DNA of 63,367 nt, the filler included, from Octopus bimaculoides (lineage: Eukaryota): NCBI RefSeq assembly GCF_001194135.2. It is 6 parts of 6 records of this genome, joined end to end, with 100 filler letters (N's around TTAATTAATTAA, not from the genome) between each part and the next. Parts side by side here need not be neighbours in the genome. Positions count along the whole stretch, not along the records: positions 1 to 7,532 come from NC_068991.1; positions 7,633 to 34,518 come from NC_069002.1; 4 more parts are not named here. The stretch is one strand, 5' to 3'. The notes below the pieces were generated by a model, which was given only the letters and a program-made list of their open reading frames with translations, was not told where the DNA came from and did not search any database. The translations under genes were made by a program, and so were the position numbers. Positions 1 through 12,485 of this stretch are shown piece after piece; the first letter of the stretch is position 1, and the number at the start of each line of letters is the position of its first letter.

Positions 1-2612
1 GTCTGGCTTATGAAGATACAGTTCGAAGGGCAGACCATCCAGCCCCGGAGACTTCTCCCTAGTACAGCCCGTCATTGCGTTCGGTATGTCTTCAATTGTT
101 ATCGGCATTTCGAAGAACTCCACATCCCTGACCAAAAGGTACAGCATACTGTCGAGGTAGGAAGTGAAATCTACCTCCATCCCCGACACACCGCGCGCCC
201 CGACCAGTTCGGCAAAGTGCCGCTGAAATTCCGTACACATCTGCTTGAATTCGTGTAGCATGCGCCCGTCCCGGCCTGTCAAAGACCGAACTGTGCCTTT
301 GTGTGCCACGCTGCACTTCCGCCACCGGGCCCATCGAACGGCTTTCGTTCCCTCATGTCTTAAGCACATGCGCCCATCTCTGACAATACAACCTTCATGC
401 TCGGCATTAAAGAATTTATCAAAAGCCAATCTCGTTGCCAGCACGTCGCTATGCCTCTGCTAAGCGCCTCCTAACTAGTTCTCCTTCTATCCTAGGTTCT
501 TTTAAAGCTATTTCCTTAACCCTTTTCAAGACTATCCACCAACGGTTGTTGACGATTGCATCCGACAACTTCCGATGGACTAACATGCTAACCCGGTTTC
601 TTTATGCTTGATGCGCCGGGAGAGACGCGTTCAGCTTCCAGTACCCGGGGCCCAGCCTATGGATCCTATCTAGGTTGACAGTGCAGATCACAAATTTGTG
701 GTCTGTGCAGCCGACAACTTTGAACTGTGGACAACCTATGCTACTTCTATCTATTTGGCCTACAGAATATCCTATCTATGTGCTATCTGGAAGACTCGGA
801 GTTGTTTGCCCATATTCATATTGGCACATTCGGGAAATCCAGTCGGTACTTGTCAACCAGTTGGCAGCGGCTGAGCAGGTTAGTGAGGCTTTTACACCCA
901 CCTCTCCCATCAGCTAGTCCCACTCTATCCTGACGTGCGTACAAAATGGCATTCCAATCTCCTCTTTGCACTAAAAAGAGTGACGTCCCAAGAAAAATAA
1001 CAGGCGTCTGAAGAAATCCAGCTGCCCCGCCCTAGTCGAAACGTACATAGCGACTACTCTAAAAGCTTCACCTTCGCTTTTGCTCACATCCAGGACCACC
1101 AACTTACAACCAGTTCCGGGAAGATCATCCGGACCTCGATACAGGCCTTTCCTAAACAGCACTGCCACCCCGCCTCACATTCTAGACCGACTAAGAGATG
1201 CATAGATCTCAAAATCGTTGGGAATAGGGGCTGGATCTCGTGCGTCGGAAATACTGGTTTCGCTGACGGCTGTCACTACCATGGCTAGTGACCTGAGGTA
1301 GTTAAAGAGGCAGATGTTTTACTCTTGCGCTTTCTTCTTAACGTTTAGGCTTTTATAGTTTTTCCTCATCTTCACTTCGAGGTATATAAGAATCAGAATT
1401 CACATAGTCCGTCCCCGATAAGGGTGGTTGTGTGCTTGTGTTTGTGTGGGTGTTTATGTGTGACTGTGTGTTTGAGAGAGAGGGAGATGGAGAGCTGAGT
1501 TGAGGAAAGCTCTGAGTGGTCCTCTCTGTTGAAGTTTTTGTCAATTTTGGTGGTGACGGTCGTGGTGGTGCTATCAGAGGTATTGTTATTGCTGCTACTG
1601 CTGCTGTTGCTACTGTTTTTGATAAGGCCCCTTCTCCTGCTACTTCCACTGGTCCTTCCGCTTCAGATGGAGCCGCCACTGTTGTTCTGTCTTCAGATGC
1701 TGATATTACCTCACTCCTTATTTTCTTCCTGTAGATAATATTGTTATGGAAATGGCTGTGACATGGGCGATGGGGCCTTCCTCTCTTCTCTCTTGTTTTG
1801 TTTTGTGAACTGAGCGCTCGTAAATGAGTTGTTCTGCCACAGACATGGCATCTCGAAAATCTGCCCTCTACAATCACTCTCAACTCAGTTCCATTCGGCA
1901 GGGAGATCAGGTCAGGGATCCTCTCCATCTTACTGACTTTACATGGAGTAGCACCTCCAGTGTGATCCCTGTCCAGTTCTCCTTTCTTGATCTCTTGACC
2001 TCTAGGAGATTGTCACTCTTGATTACTACACAAACGAGTAACCACCACAAATCTAGGTCTGGTGGCACCCTCTGTATGGTCATTTTTATCGCTCTTCTTC
2101 CAATATTCGTAGGGAAGAGCACGAATTCTTTTTTGCAGCAGACGGACACCGAATGTCGAATCACCAGGGCTCCAGTTTTAAATAAAACTTCCACCCCGCC
2201 GAACTTCTTTGCCCTTGATATATGACCGATGTCCTACCATATATCGTGTAGGGACTTTTCTATTTGGACGTTCGTTGCCGTTTCAAGCCGTTTGGATTTA
2301 TGGCTAATGCAGCGGTCCGTCACTATTTTTCTGGCTGTAACTGCTAACCATTCAGGTGATGGAGATCGCTTTGCCCTCCTCACATCGATATTTTAAAAAT
2401 TCAGCTGCGTTCGCCAATTTAGAGGCTTTGTCCTCTAGGGAGAGGGAGAAAATCTTTTTTAATGCGGCGGCGGCGGCGGCGGCACCTGCGAAAGAAGTCT
2501 TATTTTCGTTGTTACTGGTGAGGTTGTAGCCACTTCCGTTATTGCTATTTTCACTGTTACTATCGCTACCTCCAACTACTCCGCTTCCACACCTATCGTT
2601 GCTCTTGCTACC
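1..2612 (-). mobile_element. Tx1/L1-clade LINE, 5' portion (decayed ORF1 with CCHC knuckle, APE endonuclease, start of RT), running off the window start
   Basis: Minus-strand peptides: ORF1-like 'KTSFAGAAAAAALKK' and 'RVIVEGRFSRCHVCGRTTHLRAL' (degenerate CX2CX4HX4C); endonuclease-like 'FRVVAMYVSTRAGQLDFFRRL'; 'EKSPGLDGLPFELY' (KSPGxDG motif preceding the RT) at 10-70. Multiple stops and frameshifts. Confidence 0.85.
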
Positions 2613-3339
2613 ACGCTCTGGAGTTCGATGAGAACCAGCTAGCCAACCTGTTTCAAAAAACCTTCAGGTCGGGGTATTTGGATAATTACCAAAGATCCCT
2701 GACCGGGCAGTGTTACAGGGATGCGTTACCTGTACGCGATAAATTGTCCAGGCACGGAATATCAGTGCCAACGGCATACTCAAGGTGCGGGCAGTTCAAG
2801 GAAACTTCCTGCACGCTCTTGTACAGTGTCCAGAGCTTTCGAGCTTGATAATTTACGTAGAACACGTGTTGTCTCGCCTGGAAAGAGAACAGCTATCAGC
2901 TGAGTTTGTGATAAAGATTGTACCGCCAACCGGACTATCAAAGGAAGGTGAGGCGTGTTTTCTGTGTACGGTCGCAGTAATGAAAGAGTGTGCATGGAGA
3001 ACAAGAATGCAAGGAATCGTGACATGATCCTTCATCTCTAGCCTTGGTTTGCTATACTACTTCATGTACCACCTGGAGAGCAAGATAGGGCTGGGGGGAG
3101 ACACCTGTCACGAAGTATGTATGAGAAAAGATGGAAGGATGTCGTGAGGAAGTTTGGAGTGACTGTCCCTTCTTAATTCCACCCATGGTAAAAGCAAGGT
3201 GTAGTCGCTGGCATTCCGGCCATATTTTGGGGGGAAAAAATTGTGAAATTTTTAAATTTATACTTATATGATTCATCAATTTTTAAATATAAGCTCACTT
3301 AGTACATTTATATGTTTGTAACGTCCTGTATTGTCCTTC
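2613..3339 (+). mobile_element. Tx1/L1-clade LINE 3' end (zf-RVT CCHC region and 3' UTR)
   Basis: Plus-strand 'YQRSLTGQCYRDALPVRDKLSRHGISVPTAYSRCGQFKETS/HALVQCPE...CTVAVMKECAWRTRMQG' matches the L1/Tx1 C-terminal zinc-finger region; homologous to the peptide at 51658-52104. Confidence 0.8.
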
Positions 3340-3434
3340 TTTGGGCAAGTGTCTTCTACTATAGCCTCGGGCCGACCAAAGCCTTGTGAGTGGATTTGGT
3401 AGAGGGAAACTGAAAGAGGCCCGTCGTATATATG

Positions 3435-3475
<41 letters not shown>

Positions 3476-3764
3476 NNNNNNNNNNNNNNNNNNNNNNNNN
3501 NNNNNNNNNNNNNNNNNNTGTGTGTGTGTGTGTGTGTGTGTGTGTTTGTGTGTCTGTGTTTGTCCCCCCAACATCGCTTGACAACCGATGCTGGTGTGTT
3601 TACGTCCTCGTAACTTAGCAGTTCGGCAATAGAGACCGATAGAATAAGTACTAGGCTTCTAAAGAATAAGTCCTGGGGGTCGATTTGCTCGACTAAAGGC
3701 GGTGCTCCAGCATGGCCACAGTCAAAAGACTGAAACAAGTAAAAGAGTAAAAGAGTAAAAGAGT
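3340..3764 (+). mobile_element. SINE family A (tRNA-derived, CORE-like octopus SINE), 5'-truncated, with internal (TA)n(TG)n
   Basis: ttgggcaagtgtcttctactatagcc core, internal microsatellite, (TAAAAGAG)3 tail; more than 10 related pieces in the window. Confidence 0.85.
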
Positions 3765-4352
3765 ATCATAATAAAGAAATCACTTGAGTTGTCAATGCTG
3801 CCGATACTGCTACTACTGTGGCTGCTACTACCGCTCTTTTTGTCGCCTTCACTGTTCATGTTGCTACCACTGACACTTCCACCACACCTGCTGTCGGTGC
3901 TGCCACTGCTGCTACTGCCGCTATTGTTGTCACAATCAATCTTACAACTCCCACCCTCTTGCTTCTCTTGATGAGATAGACTCTGGTCCGTTTCCATCTC
4001 TTTTCTCTCCTCCCCTTCTCCTGCATTATTTTTGATAAGAGAAGGAATGGGAAGGAAGCCTTCAGCTGTAAGAAGACTGGGTGGGAGAGGAAATGTTTTT
4101 ACTTTTAATTGTATTAAGGAGGACACCGCCATCTTGCTAAGTCTGTTGTTTTTAAACGCCTCTCCAACGATTTTCTGGAGGATTGAATATTGCCACTTGC
4201 GAGGCCAACCAACTACATAAAAACCTAGTGACATGTTCCTGGTGTTTCCAATAGCAAATTGGAATGAAAATTCCATACTAGAAACAAAACCAATGAATAT
4301 AATGAGAACTTACTCAGGGCGTTCGAAAACACGCCCGTCGTACTCCCGCAGA

Positions 4353-4356
4353 CAAT

Positions 4357-4443
<87 letters not shown>
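4353..4443. repeat. Compound (CAA)n(TAA)n microsatellite
   Basis: Direct reading. Confidence 0.95.
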
Positions 4444-4445
<2 letters not shown>

Positions 4446-4699
4446 TTTTGTATTTTATTTATTACTAAAGATGCATATAAAAAAACCATATAAACGTAAG
4501 ATAAACGAAACAATGTTATATATATAAACAAAAAGAAGAATAAGGACATTATACAAACAACATATCAAAAAGTTAATATAATTCAAATATAATAATAAAT
4601 ATATGATTGTATGATAGAGTATATCAACTGAAATAAGTTAATTAAGAAACATGAAACACAAACTGACAGGAGTGGGAGCCCACTTGGATATATTCGTTT

Positions 4700-4870
4700 C
4701 GAATCTTGACGTCATGCCAGCATTGTTTAACGAAGGCGGGACTTGTTAATTACATCAACCACAGTACTCAACTGGTACTTATCTTATCCACCCCCGAAAG
4801 GGGTCAAAAGGTAACGTCGACTTCGGAGAAACAGACGAAATGCGGCTAAGCATTTTGTTCGGCGTGCTAA
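4700..4870 (-). mobile_element. SINE family B fragment
   Basis: Reverse complement of ttagcacgccgaacaaaatgcttagc...cctttcgggg...aagtaccagt, shared with copies at 13.7-15 kb. Confidence 0.75.
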
Positions 4871-4914
4871 TAACAACAACAACAAAAATAATGGTTTCAA
4901 ATTTTAGCACAAGG

Positions 4915-5068
4915 GCAGACGGACAGACGGACGGACGGACGGACGGACGGACGGACAGACAGGCGTACGAACAGACGGACGGACAGACGCACGGACAGAC
5001 GCACGGACAGACGCACGGACAGACGCACGGACAGACGCATGGACAGACGCACGGACAGACGCACGGAC
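4915..5068. repeat. 12-bp tandem repeat (ACGGACAGACGC)n derived from GGAC/AGAC tetramers, running into a gap
   Basis: Direct reading. Confidence 0.9.
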
Positions 5069-5498
5069 NNNNNNNNNNNNNNNNNNNNNNNNNNNNNNNN
5101 NNNNNNNNNNNNNNNNNNNNNNNNNNNNNNNNNNNNNNNNNNNNNNNNNNNNNNNNNNNNNNNNNNNNNNNNNNNNNNNNNNNNNNNNNNNNNNNNNNNN
5201 NNNNNNNNNNNNNNNNNNNNNNNNNNNNNNNNNNNNNNNNNNNNNNNNNNNNNNNNNNNNNNNNNNNNNNNNNNNNNNNNNNNNNNNNNNNNNNNNNNNN
5301 NNNNNNNNNNNNNNNNNNNNNNNNNNNNNNNNNNNNNNNNNNNNNNNNNNNNNNNNNNNNNNNNNNNNNNNNNNNNNNNNNNNNNNNNNNNNNNNNNNNN
5401 NNNNNNNNNNNNNNNNNNNNNNNNNNNNNNNNNNNNNNNNNNNNNNNNNNNNNNNNNNNNNNNACATACATACATACATACATACATACATACATACA

Positions 5499-5690
5499 TG
5501 GGATTTTCAGAAAGTGAAATTGACCGGCTGATCCGTACAAGTGGAACAGTAAAAATATGCAAGACTTTTCTCAAGTTCCAAATGTGACTTTGTCTCTGTT
5601 AAGTACATCCCAAAGATGGAGCCTTGTATCTTTGTTGGAAACCGGCTCCCTCCTCAGTGGAAGATTTATAATAATTTAAAAATAGAAGAG
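5499..5690 (+). mobile_element. R4/Dong-like (RLE) LINE extreme 3' fragment flanked by (CATA)n
   Basis: 'GFSESEIDRLIRTSGTVKICKTFLKFQM*' is homologous to the C-terminus at 31381-31490 (GFSKPERRKLI...TGTVKLWKTFQKF). Confidence 0.7.
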
Positions 5691-5832
5691 ACATACATAC
5701 ATACATACATACATACATACATACATAATGGCAAATTCTTTATAAATATTAACCTTACTCATTAATTGAATCACAAATCTTAATGGAAAATGTTTGTTAT
5801 ACCCCTACTTGAAATTTGGTGACACTAGGTGT

Positions 5833-5915
5833 GCTGTCACACCCAATACTGTTACATTGTCACAAGGCCGTCACACCCAATACTGTTACACTGTCACAAG
5901 GCTGTCACACCCAGT
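5833..5915. repeat. 34-bp tandem repeat, about 2.5 copies (tgtcacacccaatactgttacattgtcacaaggc)
   Basis: Direct reading. Confidence 0.8.
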
Positions 5916-6396
5916 ACAACAACAACAACCATATGCTACTGTTTATTCGCATATCCAATGTAATCAATATATGCGAATAAACCATTATACATGCGAATAC
6001 ACAATGTATATGCGAATAAACATCCAAACCTTCGTGAATGAAATAGATAAAATCCAGACTACATATGTTTCATAGCTAGAAGAAACTCGAAAGTAGTAAA
6101 TTATACAATTATCCAAACGTGGGTTAGACCACAAACTAGTCTTCAGGCGAAAGATGCCTTAAGTATATGAAGTTTACACAGTCGATATGCGGTCTCGTGG
6201 TAACTCACCGGAGATTGGATAGAAATGTCAACGAGTTTAACATGGGACCTCCTAACGACAATATCAATTTCATAAAATCAAGTTATCATAAACCTAAAGA
6301 GTAGCCTGCGGTCTACCCTTCGTTTCAATAATTTACCACTTCCGAGGTTCTGATACCTATGAAACATGTAGTTATCTATTCCATTCCCGAATCTTT

Positions 6397-6435
<39 letters not shown>

Positions 6436-6894
6436 NNNNNNNNNNNNNNNNNNNNNNNNNNNNNNNNNNNNNNNNNNNNNNNNNNNNNNNNNNNNNNNNN
6501 NNNNNNNNNNNNNNNNNNNNNNNNNNNNNNNNNNNTATATATATACATATACACATATATATATATACATATACATACATATATAGATATACATACATGT
6601 ATATACATAAATACATATATATTTTGTAAATGAATATATACATAAATATGTGCATAGATATATATAGATATACAAGCTTATATATGCTTATGAAAATTTG
6701 CGCATATTTTAAATACTTCTATTTATAAATGTGTGTATGTGTGTATGCGTGTTTGTGTGTATGCGCGTTTGTGTGCATGCGTGTTTGTGTGTGTGCGTGC
6801 GCGTGCGCGCGTGTGTACGTGTGTGTGTGTGTACGTGTGTGTGTATGTGTGTGTGTGTGTATGTATATATATGCATATGTATGTATTTTCGTTC

Positions 6895-7045
6895 CAGCGA
6901 ACATTTTAGAAAAATAAATGAGTAAATGAGTGGAAATTTTACCGGTGAGTGTTAAATTATGCAGCACTAAAAGAGAATGACTAGCCCCAGACACAACAGT
7001 ATATGCTTTAGCACACGAACTTACATAAAGAATCTTGCAAACCAA
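6895..7045. mobile_element. One arm of the palindromic MITE-like family also seen at 12190-12485 and 23225-23545
   Basis: aaatgagtggaaattttaccggtgagtgttaa...ccccagacacaac matches the right arm at 12360-12440. Confidence 0.7.
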
Positions 7046-7049
7046 GAAA

Positions 7050-7114
7050 GAGGGAGAGAGAGAAAGAGAGAGAGAGAGAGAGGAAGAGAAAGAGAGAGAG
7101 AGAGAAAGAGAGAG

Positions 7115-7205
<91 letters not shown>

Positions 7206-7225
7206 GAAAAAGAGAGAGAGAGAGA
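7050..7225. repeat. (GA)n/GAAA purine tract
   Basis: Direct reading. Confidence 0.9.
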
Positions 7226-7532
7226 CCCGAGTCTGTGATTGTTTTAACAACTTACCGTTAAGCGTAGACCTTTATCGTCTGAATATTCTTCTTCTAATTC
7301 AGTGAAAACTGCAATGACCAAGAATGAGAATTGAATACATATATGAAATATATGAAAGACTTATAACAGCGTTAAACTAAAGGGGAATATTTAACTAATG
7401 ATTTTCGGAATTACTATTATCGTAGTTTATATATTGTAAGTTCACTTTATTTTCATTCTTTCGAATGCTATTTGAATTAACACAAAAAATTAATATCTTT
7501 ATGATGTTTTATCGGAGTTTTTGTTCGTTCTA

Positions 7533-7632
7533 NNNNNNNNNNNNNNNNNNNNNNNNNNNNNNNNNNNNNNNNNNNNTTAATTAATTAANNNNNNNNNNNN
7601 NNNNNNNNNNNNNNNNNNNNNNNNNNNNNNNN
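7533..7632. other. Artificial 100-bp scaffold join: N44-TTAATTAATTAA-N44 (also at 34563, 50809, 57059, 61267)
   Basis: Identical palindromic 12-mer with stops in all six frames, centred in a 100-bp gap at five sites. Confidence 0.95.
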
Positions 7633-7697
<65 letters not shown>

Positions 7698-7754
7698 CAT
7701 AGATTTGTACTTATATATATGTGTGTATCTGTGTATGTTTGTATGTATGTATGC

Positions 7755-7787
<33 letters not shown>

Positions 7788-10322
7788 TGTATGTATGTAT
7801 GTATGTATGTATGTATGTATGTATGGTAATACAGTATATGCAAATCTATTTATCGAGTCATGGCCAGGGATTTATACAAAACTGTGAGAATTTAATGCGA
7901 CAGTATCTTTAGAGTGGTGTTGTACTTTGAGTTTGTGAATATATTTTCTTCAAACCTAACATCTTATTTGATTAAATCCATCTGTTATAGCATTATCAAG
8001 GTGTAGTCTTCCAAGCAATATCTAATGTTTCCAGAGATTATTGTTGTGGTCGATTATTGCAGGACGGAACTAAATTGATAATATCGCCTGGCTGTGATTG
8101 TGTAGTATATATGTACACATTGGGTATATGTTACTGCCTTGTAAATACCTGTTTACATAGGTGTCTAAATAGATGACATTTACTGGTTGTGTTATTTCAG
8201 CTATCGTCTATTAATTCGATATATCGATGTACACATCAACATATCGAAGTTTCCACCTTCGACCAGGACACTTATCTTCGCTTGAAAACAATAGGGGAGC
8301 TATTACTGTTAGATAAGGCCTTTCAACAAGTATTAGATAATATCTATATACCAATAACTTACTATAACTCTATTTCCGACCTGTACATATCGTGTTTGTC
8401 TTATCGATATTTAAAACCATTTACGAAATTGTCGTCTGCAAATTGTTTGACTTCAGACAACATCCATGGATTATATTTTTCCATCATAAATCTTATTTTA
8501 TGTCTTTCTACGATAGACCAAGAAACAGTGACAACAACAACAACAATAACGACACTTACTGTACTGGCAGGAACGACAAGAGCCACAAGAACAATAAACA
8601 CAATTGTCTATTGTGTAGCGAAACTACATCATTCGTTCAAATTGACTTTAATAATTGGTGTAGTTGCGAGTGAATACAGAATTAAAATTACAAGTGAAAT
8701 TCTATTCAGGCGTTTGAACGTTAAAACAATAGAATGGAACTTATAAGAAGTGCAACAGTAACAAGTTGTTTGGAAGCAACAAATTGTCTTGAGAATTCAT
8801 GTCATTAAAACAACAGTAGGAAGAAAGGAAAGAAGAGAGAAGGAGAATGAAGAGATGGAGGTAAATTAAGGAAGTAAAAGATCAATAACAATTTTATTTG
8901 GAAATGCAATGACGACAAAAATACACTGTTGAAGTGCTACTATCAAAATAACGGACAATATTCCAAACAAGTCTATTTATAAAAGAGATCATTAAAACAT
9001 CCCTCACAACAGGATTATTTAGAATGGATACTATAATAACAAAAAAGACATCAGCTATGAACAAACAACTAAAGAAAGTATTTGGGGAAATGACATAATC
9101 TAAACAACAACAGCAACAATAACATTTGCAGGAGGCCCAGCAAGATTCTTTGCATATTAAAACGAAGGAAAAAAGTTGTTTTAAAGTAAAAATAGCAAAA
9201 TAAATAAAACAAGGATGCGTTTAACATTACCAAATACCATTTGGAATATTTTATTATCTTTTTGAGTGAAATAAAATTAATAGAATTTTTTTTTTAAATA
9301 CATACACATGTGAGAAAACAATTAAACGTGATTCTTATATTAATTGGCTTGAAAGAGTTACTTTTTTAAAACACCAGAAATTCCTTTGTATCTGTGGATA
9401 ATTCTAACACCAAATGCTTCTATTTAATGTTGCTGCTGTGTTTGGAAGTTTATATTCTTGTACTGTTTTGATAATTCTATAGAAAAGTAGGGAAAGGAAG
9501 TGTTTTACATTTTGCATTATTAGCAAACCGTTTTCAGTTGATTTTCGGACAATATATCACCATCACGTATATATGTGAGTCTTTTTATGTGAATATCAAT
9601 AAGAATTGATATTCTACAAAGATGACACTTTGGCCGTATATGGAGAATTGTGTTTTGTGGAACGGGTTCGAAAATGAGCATTAACTGACAGTGTCACCAT
9701 TGTTGCGAACAATATCTTAAGCGGCATAGGTCAGTATTGAATCGGAGGAACACGTCTTCCGTTGAAGAATAAAGCTTGAAGCAGGGAAAGCTTGTTTAAC
9801 ATCAAGTTAAAAAGCAAAAACAAAAAACAATCACCTAAACAAATAATTAATAGGATTAAGCTGACAAAGAGACGAATGTGTGTGTGTATGTGTGTGTATT
9901 GCTGAAGTATGGCCGTATGGTTAGAGATCGCTTAACAATTACGAGGGACAGTGTTCGATCCCAATCAATGGCATATTAATGTTATATTCTCGGGTCGGCT
10001 CATACGTTGTGAGTGGAATTTGACAGATGGAAACTGTACAGAAGCCTATCGCGGTAATTATACACATTTTTGTCATCAAGTATCCTCCACTGATTCTGGC
10101 TGAGAATTTAGTTAATGGTAGTCATAACTGCGGAACACTCGGCTAATTACACTTTGATTCAAGAGCAGGTAATTCAGTCGATCAAATAAACGAATGCTCA
10201 TCGTCAAACAACAGAGATCTACNNNNNNNNNNNNNNNNNNNNNNNNNNNNNNNNNNNNNNNNNNNNNNNNNNNNNNNNNNNNNNNNNNNNNNNNNNNNNN
10301 NNNNNNNNNNNNNNNNNNNNNN

Positions 10323-10362
<40 letters not shown>

Positions 10363-12189
10363 GGAGAGGGAGTCAGGCAGACAGCCAGCCAAACTGACAG
10401 ACATATAAAGATGAGATGTGTAAATGTATGATGTTGTTACTGAAACAATTTTTCCACCATTGAAGACTCGGTATTTTAGAGAAAAATAGTGAATTCATAA
10501 AATACAAAAATATTTTCCATGGTTACTCTCATTGTGAGTACTTGTCTGCTTCATAGCCACATTAAGGGTTAACATGCAATAGTCATTCTGAAACTGCAAA
10601 ACAATAGGTGGCCTAAAGTCACAAGTATCAATGATATTTATAAAGAGATTTTGAATTTTGAATTAGACCAGAATTGATATCAAAAATGTATGGCATTGGA
10701 TCATAGGATTTTCATTTATGTTTCAGCGAAATGTTTCCAATCCGAGAACCATCAGAATTTCTAAATCGTTTTTATTGGCTCAAAATATAGAAAAACATTT
10801 TCGGTTGCTCTAGTTTATTCATGCCTTAAGGATAAAAGCTATTTCAAAAAAATTCTTTGGAGGAGTTTTCCTTATTGTTATCAAATATCAATTGTTCTCA
10901 GATGTTGTTCTGAGTTTCATCTGTTTCTCTCCATTCCCTCCATTCAGACGAAAATGCCAATGTCATGTGTAAAATGTCAAAGAAGTGAAAGAAGCTCGAA
11001 AATAACGCAAAAAAAGCATCAAATACAATTATTTCATTTATTATTGAAATTATTAAATTTGACTTCAGCAAAATATAATTTTTGAATTGAATGAAATAAT
11101 TATCCCCTTTTAGCATTATAGATAACGCCAATAGCTCCTGATTTCCCCATGAATTATCCAAGAATAATAAATACACAACATTGAATTACAAACGTTGTTT
11201 CATGATATATATATAAATTAATTTCATAATTTTTATCACATTCTTTCCCCTTGCTTACAGATTTTTATTCATTAGCGTTACTCTTTTAGGAAATGTTTTC
11301 TGATTCTTAAGTAATTCTGTAGAAAAGAATCCATTTTGGCTTGTAGTTGGAGTCATTATCAATACAACAATGCATTTTTCGCTTCAAAAGGTTTTCTTCT
11401 CTTTTCTATTGTAAGCAAAAGATTTTTTCCTAATTGGTTTTCGCAAAACATATTCTATCTAACGTTTTTAAAGTTATTTATTTAATATTTTGTACGAAAA
11501 TATTTGCAACTGCATGCAATACGATATATTTCTAATTACATCTGAAATTAGGCTTTTGTTCTTTATGTTTCAAACATCTCTCTTATAGGTATTATAACTT
11601 GTTATTTTACAAAATAAGCATTAGTTGAACACTGGTGAGTCGATGTAATCGATTTAACCCCTCCTCATAAAATTGCTGGCTTTGTGCCAGCTGGCAGAAT
11701 CTTTAGCGCGCTGGACCACATACTTTGTAGCAGTTCTTTCGCGTCTTTACGGTTGGAGTTCAACTTCTGTAGTGGCTAGCTTTTCTTTTCATCCTTGTAG
11801 GTCGATAGAATAAATACCAGTTGAACACTGGTGGTTATTGTAATCAACTTACCACCTTCCTCTAAATTTGCTGGTCTTGTGCCAAAATTTGAAACACTTT
11901 GAAGAAGATAAAGGAAATTCCTCAATATATCTTTAATAATAAATGTTTCCGTACCATTCTCCATTTTCAACGAAAATTCAAAATGAAAATTCACATATTT
12001 TCGGTTTTAGACATTGGAGAGGCTCTTCATCAGACTTGCATCAATGGTGTGTTAATTACATTGTGCCATATATATATATATATANNNNNNNNNNNNNNNN
12101 NNNNNNNNNNNNNNNNNNNNNNNNNNNNNNNNNNNNNNNNNNNNNNNNNNNNNNNNNNNNNNNNNNNNNNNNNNNNNNNNNNNNNTATA

Positions 12190-12485
12190 TTATTGTGTCT
12201 GGGGAGAGTCATTCTGTTTTAATGCTTTATTAACACACTCACCGGTTCCATTTCCACTCATTCACTTATTTAAATTTTCGTTGCTTCTTGCAACCTCTTC
12301 AATAATCGTTGACTCTTGAATAGGTTACAAAAAGCAACGAAGATTTTAAAAAATTAAATAAGTGAATGAGTGGAAATCGAACTGGTGTGTGTGTTAATTT
12401 ATAATGCATTAAAACAGATTGACTCTCCCCAGACACAACAAAATATGCTTCAAAACTTGAATTCACATAAAGTATCTAGCAAACC
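12190..12485. mobile_element. Palindromic MITE-like element with ~90-bp inverted arms, adjacent to (TA)n
   Basis: tgtgtctggggagagtca...cattcacttatttaa (12194-12290) is inverted as ttaaataagtgaatg...gactctccccagacaca (about 12352-12437). Confidence 0.8.

Noticed and set aside
3722-4276. 184-aa minus ORF
   Set aside because: Half is (GCT/AGT)n low complexity and it starts inside a SINE tail; no recognisable domain.
5833-6020. 34-bp repeats resembling a CRISPR array
   Set aside because: Contiguous tandem units with no unique spacers, no cas genes, and an animal context. The same applies to 34620 and 36885.
6345-6375. ctgatac...gaaacatgtag as a possible hammerhead
   Set aside because: The core lacks G8/A9 and stems I and II do not pair convincingly.
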